Source of the DNA: an uncultured Candidatus Poseidoniales archaeon
GTDB lineage: Archaea; Thermoplasmatota; Poseidoniia; Poseidoniales; Thalassarchaeaceae
Length of the DNA: 33,021 nt
Assembly: GCA_964441035.1 (NCBI GenBank)
Contig: CAYYKF010000006.1
Location: 2,160-35,180 of the forward strand
Direction: 5' to 3'
Shown: piece by piece, positions 27,859 to 33,021 of the stretch
Position numbering within the stretch: the stretch's first letter is position 1
Layout: every line of letters starts with the position of its first letter
Notes under the pieces: generated by a model
The model's input: the letters and a program-made list of their open reading frames with translations, nothing else
What the model was told of the DNA's origin: nothing
The model's database searches: none
Program-made: the position numbers and the translations under genes

Positions 27859-29292
27859 GTGAGTGCCACCCCTCCTCTTGCTGGAGCGCCTGCCTGTGAC
27901 ATCAATGCCTTGCCACAGGTAGAGGATTGGCCATTACTTCCAACGCACGAACTGCATCTTGAACGATTGGAGCGTTTTGGAGTAATTGAGTTGGAGTGTG
28001 TGAGGCAGGCGATGAGGGTCTGCCCTCGAGGGGTTCATGCATTGCCATTCCCTCTTGAAGATGAATTGCCGAATTTTGAAAGTTCTAGTTTGCGGATGCC
28101 TTGGTGGACCGCAAACACGCCGAGGTCTTTGCTTCCTGGTTTGTTTGAAACAAGTCAAATCCTGCAATTACTACAAGTCGATGCTGGTAACAGTGTCCTA
28201 TTGATGGGGGCTCGTGGAAATTGGTGGACTGAGTTACTGATGCATATTGGGGCAGGAAACATTGTGGTTCTTGAACCGAATTTAGACCGAAGGACTGCCT
28301 TGATTGAAAGGTGGTTGAACCTAAGATTGGATATGATGGCTCAAGCATTTGGTTGCGAAGTTGATTTCATCGGTCTTGAAGACTTAGATGTTCATGAGCC
28401 TGAAGATGGATTTGATCGTATTATATCGACAGGGATGTTTCCTTCTTTGCCGCTCAATCTAATGGCACGCATGAATGTAGATGGTTTTGCCGTAATGCCT
28501 GTAGAAAATGATGGTCGGTCTATGTTGCAACTGGTTCAACACCATGGTGAAGGTGAATTGATGGCGCAATGGATTGCATGTTGGGATGTTGATACTTGGT
28601 CTGATGAGGTGCTAATTGGACTTGAAATTGGATCTGGATTGGAAGATGAGGAGGAGGAGGAATTCGATCGAATTTCCATTGAGGATGCGTGGGTTAAATC
28701 AAATGAGGTTCCCACACGAGATCGATTTGGTCCTGCACGGATGCTTGACATGGTCGAACGTGTGTGGTTCTCAATCGATCCGGTTCATATGGGGCTTTCA
28801 GATTACATTGAAGGTGGATTACGAGAGAAATTGGCAGATGACTTGTTCCGAATGGGGCACGTTCTAATTCAAATGGGCATTCATGAACTTGCTTCTGAAC
28901 ATCAGGGTGAGGCGTTTCGTTTGGCGCCGACGGCTGAATCTGCAACGTTCCTTGGTTGGGCACTTTCCGAAATGGAGGATTCTTGGGGCTCACTAGGGTG
29001 GTGTCGTAAAGCCATCGAATGTGATGCTAGGCTCGGTAATCCTTGGAACGACATTGGGGCCATTTTGATGCGACTAGAACAACCTAGTGCTGCAATTCCT
29101 TGGTTGGCCGCGGCAACGAGGGCACAACGATATGATGCGCCTGGTCATCCTTGGTCTAATCTTGCGCGCGCACATGAAGCACTAGGCAACCGTATGGCTT
29201 CCTATGATGCAGCCCGAACTGCACTAGAATATCTCCCCGATGATGAAAATTGTATCAGGATCATGGATGATCTTGAAGATGTTCTACTTTAG
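27859..29292 (+). CDS. Degenerate protein-L-isoaspartate O-methyltransferase-like domain fused to TPR repeats
   Basis: VRQAMRVCPR, VLLMGARGNW, GFDRIISTG, MNVDGFAVMPV (PIMT fold); PTAESATFLGW, GNPWNDIGA TPRs; start GTG 27859 or ATG 27808. Confidence 0.75.
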   Translation: MSATPPLAGAPACDINALPQVEDWPLLPTHELHLERLERFGVIELECVRQAMRVCPRGVHALPFPLEDELPNFESSSLRMPWWTANTPRSLLPGLFETSQILQLLQVDAGNSVLLMGARGNWWTELLMHIGAGNIVVLEPNLDRRTALIERWLNLRLDMMAQAFGCEVDFIGLEDLDVHEPEDGFDRIISTGMFPSLPLNLMARMNVDGFAVMPVENDGRSMLQLVQHHGEGELMAQWIACWDVDTWSDEVLIGLEIGSGLEDEEEEEFDRISIEDAWVKSNEVPTRDRFGPARMLDMVERVWFSIDPVHMGLSDYIEGGLREKLADDLFRMGHVLIQMGIHELASEHQGEAFRLAPTAESATFLGWALSEMEDSWGSLGWCRKAIECDARLGNPWNDIGAILMRLEQPSAAIPWLAAATRAQRYDAPGHPWSNLARAHEALGNRMASYDAARTALEYLPDDENCIRIMDDLEDVLL

Positions 29293-29298
29293 TGGTTT

Positions 29299-31098
29299 TC
29301 ATTCACTGGATGGTTGGGGCGTAATCAGCAAGTTACTGCCGTCTCGATGAATAATAGGTAACTGAAATGTTGCAGACGAAGGTAACACGTGAACAACACA
29401 AACGTTACCACAAGCCGGTGCAAGGTAATCTTCGCCAGTTTCTGTCATTACTAGTCGAAGACCGTGCCCTGCTGGGATGATTGCATCAATCGCTTGGAAT
29501 TCCATCATCATCGTAACTTGAATGCCTGGGATGACGGTGGTTGCATCATATCCACCCTCATGATATCGAATATCCATGGTTGCATGGCCAATTCTCATGC
29601 CTGTCTCTGCATCCTGCATTTCGACAAAGACTTGTCCTCCATCATAGGTTGGAATTGCGGGCATATGCAGTCTAGCAAGGCCTGCGATTTGTGTATCAAA
29701 GGTTGAGTTGAGTGCGGGACAAGTGACGATGGTTGTCTGTACGTTACCTCCAACCACTGGGAATCCAGAAACGAATGCTTCCTCGACTTCGCAAGCATCC
29801 ATGGCTACATCGTGCCATTCAACATCTTGTGGTGGCCATGTCTCTTCAATGCGCCATTCACCGTCGTTGCGCTGGACTTGTGCGTGAAGTGCGGGCTTTG
29901 GACCGATTCCTTTGAGATAGTACTCCATCCACTCAAACAAATCCTGTGCCCAATCCCAACGGGTCATGTTGTGGATGGCTTCCCCTCCGTAACCTGGATC
30001 CTGGTTGTTGTGCTTAGTCCATTGGTCAGGATAGTTGTGCTCCCATTGCCCAATCATACCTGCTACTTCGTACCCGTTGTCGATGTATTCTTGATACCAA
30101 TTGGTGCCTGGTGGGCCGCCGAAGACTTGGTGGGGGTCGACGTTCCAATCTTGGAGGCCCTGTACCCAGTAGATGCTACCATTGTACTTTCCAAGTGCCT
30201 TATCGATATGGCTTCGCTCATCATAGTAGTTGTCCATGTATGGGTCCATCTCTCCGCCAACGTAACGCGTCGGACCGGCAAGAAATCCTTCAAGAACGTC
30301 GGCACACATGTTGTCGAGATCGTCGTCATCATAGTCTAGAATGCTGCCACCGTAATTCGAGTGCATAACTTGACTGCGGGCTTCCGCACTACCGTTTTTG
30401 TAAAGAAGTGGGCCGAGGGCAGTCGTACCGGAGATTGGTACAATCGTCTTCAAGTGTGAGCTGCCTTGTGCAGCAGCCTCCCATGCAGTTGCCCCTTCGT
30501 AGGACTTGCCATAGATAGCTACATTTCCGTTGCTCCAATCTTGTTGCCCTAGCCATTCCACTGCAGTGTGAATACTGAGGCCTTCTCCATCTCCTCGATA
30601 GTCAAAACAGCCAGTGCTCTCTTCGGTGGCAAACACTGCAACTTGAGCAAATGCATATCCGTGTGGAATGAAATTATCGTAGATGAATTCGCCTCGTCCG
30701 CCACCAACAACGTTTGTTGGTGAAGATTCATCGCCTGGTTGGCCGTATGAGAAATATGGGCTAACGACTGCAATTACTGGTACCTTTTCGCCTTCATTGG
30801 TGTTTGAAGGTAACCAAAATGAGAGGTGTACTTCAGCAGAATTGGGGCCACCTTCCCAGACCCCTGTAGTGTCAACATCGATGGTGGCTTCTTGCACTTC
30901 AAGTGCGTGGTGTGGGCCGGGATTCAGCAAGAAAGAGTGTGTGTGACTAGTGTTCCATTCTAGGGTGTGGCGATTCAAAATATCTGGGTAATATGATTCT
31001 GTATCGGCAGTATCACTTGAATCTGGGCCGAAGCAACCCGCCAAGGGGGTGATGAGAAGTAAGAAGGTGAGTCCCCATGCGTGTGTACGCCGCCCCAT
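29299..31098 (-). CDS. CocE/NonD (peptidase S15, X-Pro dipeptidyl-peptidase-like) hydrolase lipoprotein
   Basis: Lipobox PLAGC; nucleophile GKSYEG; VSPY; QGLQDWNV; GQWEH; C-terminal PepX_C-like domain. Confidence 0.92.
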   Translation of the reverse strand: MGRRTHAWGLTFLLLITPLAGCFGPDSSDTADTESYYPDILNRHTLEWNTSHTHSFLLNPGPHHALEVQEATIDVDTTGVWEGGPNSAEVHLSFWLPSNTNEGEKVPVIAVVSPYFSYGQPGDESSPTNVVGGGRGEFIYDNFIPHGYAFAQVAVFATEESTGCFDYRGDGEGLSIHTAVEWLGQQDWSNGNVAIYGKSYEGATAWEAAAQGSSHLKTIVPISGTTALGPLLYKNGSAEARSQVMHSNYGGSILDYDDDDLDNMCADVLEGFLAGPTRYVGGEMDPYMDNYYDERSHIDKALGKYNGSIYWVQGLQDWNVDPHQVFGGPPGTNWYQEYIDNGYEVAGMIGQWEHNYPDQWTKHNNQDPGYGGEAIHNMTRWDWAQDLFEWMEYYLKGIGPKPALHAQVQRNDGEWRIEETWPPQDVEWHDVAMDACEVEEAFVSGFPVVGGNVQTTIVTCPALNSTFDTQIAGLARLHMPAIPTYDGGQVFVEMQDAETGMRIGHATMDIRYHEGGYDATTVIPGIQVTMMMEFQAIDAIIPAGHGLRLVMTETGEDYLAPACGNVCVVHVLPSSATFQLPIIHRDGSNLLITPQPSSE

Positions 31099-31204
31099 GG
31101 GCGGCGATGGGTGTTTCCGGCTTCAATCTGACGTGGGCAAATTGTGAGGTGATGTGGGGGTTTCTGTAAGATTTCTTGAAATATCGATGGCTGCACCGAG
31201 GGGT

Positions 31205-31921
31205 ATGTCACGTTCAAAGCCTGAAGGAAATGAGCGTGTGCCCCTCAAGAATCGAATCAGTCGGATATTGCTACCACAATTCATTCGTAAGCGTATTTTC
31301 TCTTTCATGTTCAATTCCATCAAACATGATCGGATGCGGCCTGAGCCTGGTGTTCCAATTAGAGAGTTGCAATCGCAGCACATCTCCAACCTAGAAGTTC
31401 TTGAAAATCGATCGGTGCTCTTAGAAAAAATGCCTACTGGTTCAGTCTGTGCTGAAGTTGGGGTGGACCGTGGCGATTTCAGTCGCCAGATTTTGGATGT
31501 TGTCAAACCTGAGAAGCTCTATCTCATCGACCTTTGGGGTGATGCAAGATACAACGATGATGTCATGAATGAAGTCAAAACAAAATTGTGTGCGGAGATT
31601 GAATCTGGACAAGTAGAAATTTGTCGGGGATATTCGCATGAGGTGTTGGCTGAATTTGACGATGGTTTGCTAGATTGGGCCTACATCGATACGGATCACA
31701 CCTATCTGACCACAAAGAAAGAATTGGATGTGTGTGCTTCGAAGGTGAAATCTGGTGGGATTATTGCTGGACATGACTACGTCATGGGTACTTGGAATGC
31801 GTGGGTTCGATATGGTGTCATCGAAGCGGTCAACGAATTCTGTGTTGACCATAGTTGGGAGATGATTTATCGGACCACTGAGATGAAAACTGCATCGAGC
31901 TTTGCATTGCGAAAATTGTAG
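31205..31921 (+). CDS. Class I SAM-dependent methyltransferase (Methyltransf_24-like)
   Basis: AEVGVDRGDFS, LIDLW, WAYIDTDHTY, KVKSGGIIAGHDY, YGVIEAVNEF. Confidence 0.9.
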   Translation: MSRSKPEGNERVPLKNRISRILLPQFIRKRIFSFMFNSIKHDRMRPEPGVPIRELQSQHISNLEVLENRSVLLEKMPTGSVCAEVGVDRGDFSRQILDVVKPEKLYLIDLWGDARYNDDVMNEVKTKLCAEIESGQVEICRGYSHEVLAEFDDGLLDWAYIDTDHTYLTTKKELDVCASKVKSGGIIAGHDYVMGTWNAWVRYGVIEAVNEFCVDHSWEMIYRTTEMKTASSFALRKL

Positions 31922-31924
31922 TGA

Positions 31925-33021
31925 TTACGTGCCTGCAGTGTAATCTGAATGATAGGCAATTTGTTCGGGTGTGAGTGTATCGATTTCAAATCCGAGCGTT
32001 GCCAATTTTGTTGAAGCCAAACCCTGGTCCTGCTCTAAAGTGATGTCGTGAACGATTGGGTCCAAATCGCGACCTTCGGCCGCAAGGCGGCAAAGGGCGA
32101 GATATTGGTTTGCGAAGCTCATGTCCATGACTTCTGAGGGGTGGCCTTCGGCTGCTGCGAGATTTACCAATCGACCGCGTGCAAGTAAAAAGATGCACCG
32201 GCCGTCTTGCATTGTAAATTCCTCATTGTCCGCACGAATCGTGCGGACGCTTGTGGCTTGGGCCTCTAGGTGTTCGATGTTTATCTCACAATCATAGTGG
32301 CCCGTGTTGGAGATGATTGCTCCTTCTTTCATTGAGGCGAAATGGCGATCAACGATGACATCCTTCATCCCTGTTGCTGTACAGAATATGTCGCCAAGGG
32401 GTGCTGCTTCATCCATTGGCATGACGCGGAATCCGTCCATCACTGCTCGAAGTGCAGGAAGTGGATCTACCTCTGTGATGATGACATTTGCACCCATACC
32501 ACTGGCGCGCATGGCTAAGCCACGGCCGCAGTGACCGTATCCTGCAATGACGAATGTCTTTCCGGCAACCAGCACAGATGTGGCACGGATAATGCCGTCT
32601 AGAGTGGATTGGCCGGTACCATATACGTTGTCGAAGTCCCACTTAGTGATTGCATCGTTGACTGCAATAACAGGGTAGCGCAAGTCTCCTGCATCGCCCA
32701 TCGCACGAAGTCGGTGGACTCCTGTGGTTGTCTCTTCGGTTCCCCCAATGACGCCCGCCGCATAATCAGACATTGCACCGTGGACGCGAACGATAAGGTC
32801 GGCTCCATCATCAAGAGTCAATGTTGGATTGGCCTCAATGGTTCGGTCGATGCACCAATAAAAATCCTCAACGCTTTGACCGTGCCAAGCATAGATTGCG
32901 TAACCCTCACGAGCGAGCCATGCTGCAACGTCATCTTGAGTTGACAATGGGTTACATCCTGACCAGGATACTGTGGCTCCTGCGGCTTCGATGGTTTCAA
33001 TCAATACTGCAGTTTCCTTGG
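31925..33021 (-). CDS. ahcY: Adenosylhomocysteinase (5'-truncated by window edge)
   Basis: CNPLSTQDD, LDDGAD, EETTTG, KWDFDNVYGTG, GYGHCGRG, GRLVNL..AEGHPSEVMDMSFA. Confidence 0.98.
   Translation of the reverse strand, partial: KETAVLIETIEAAGATVSWSGCNPLSTQDDVAAWLAREGYAIYAWHGQSVEDFYWCIDRTIEANPTLTLDDGADLIVRVHGAMSDYAAGVIGGTEETTTGVHRLRAMGDAGDLRYPVIAVNDAITKWDFDNVYGTGQSTLDGIIRATSVLVAGKTFVIAGYGHCGRGLAMRASGMGANVIITEVDPLPALRAVMDGFRVMPMDEAAPLGDIFCTATGMKDVIVDRHFASMKEGAIISNTGHYDCEINIEHLEAQATSVRTIRADNEEFTMQDGRCIFLLARGRLVNLAAAEGHPSEVMDMSFANQYLALCRLAAEGRDLDPIVHDITLEQDQGLASTKLATLGFEIDTLTPEQIAYHSDYTAGT

Noticed and set aside
29812-30339. 175-aa ORF opposite the CocE/NonD gene, and a local GC rise
   Set aside because: Shadow frame caused by codon bias of the real gene; no boundaries of an inserted element.

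Overview
A gene-dense archaeal chromosomal segment, most consistent with Marine Group II Euryarchaeota (Poseidoniales, Thermoplasmatota); the taxonomy is inferred from gene content. It carries top6B (3' part) and top6A, an ArsR-type regulator, rpoP, split GMP synthase subunit A, trm5, dph5, a divergent RFC small subunit, tRNA-Arg(CCT), tRNA-Asp(GTC), a CBS/cystathionine gamma-lyase pair, cutA, a geranylgeranyl reductase, a HAD-IIA hydrolase, a bacterial-type acyltransferase, two lipoproteins and ahcY (5'-truncated). I saw no mobile elements, CRISPR arrays or rRNA. The most unusual item is a ~1700-aa membrane-anchored surface protein with an integrin-alpha-like layout: a 7-repeat beta-propeller with a MIDAS-bearing VWA domain inserted in one blade, a stalk of Ig-like domains, a TM helix and a short tail. 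A structured spacer lies directly upstream and an FG-GAP lipoprotein lies about 3 kb away. Other oddities are several apparently de-catalysed or fused enzyme paralogues (SdhA-like, PIMT-TPR, aldolase with a Pro-rich arm) and a recurring non-canonical TATA-like box about 23-31 nt before start codons. All calls come from motif recognition by eye; no database searches were run.
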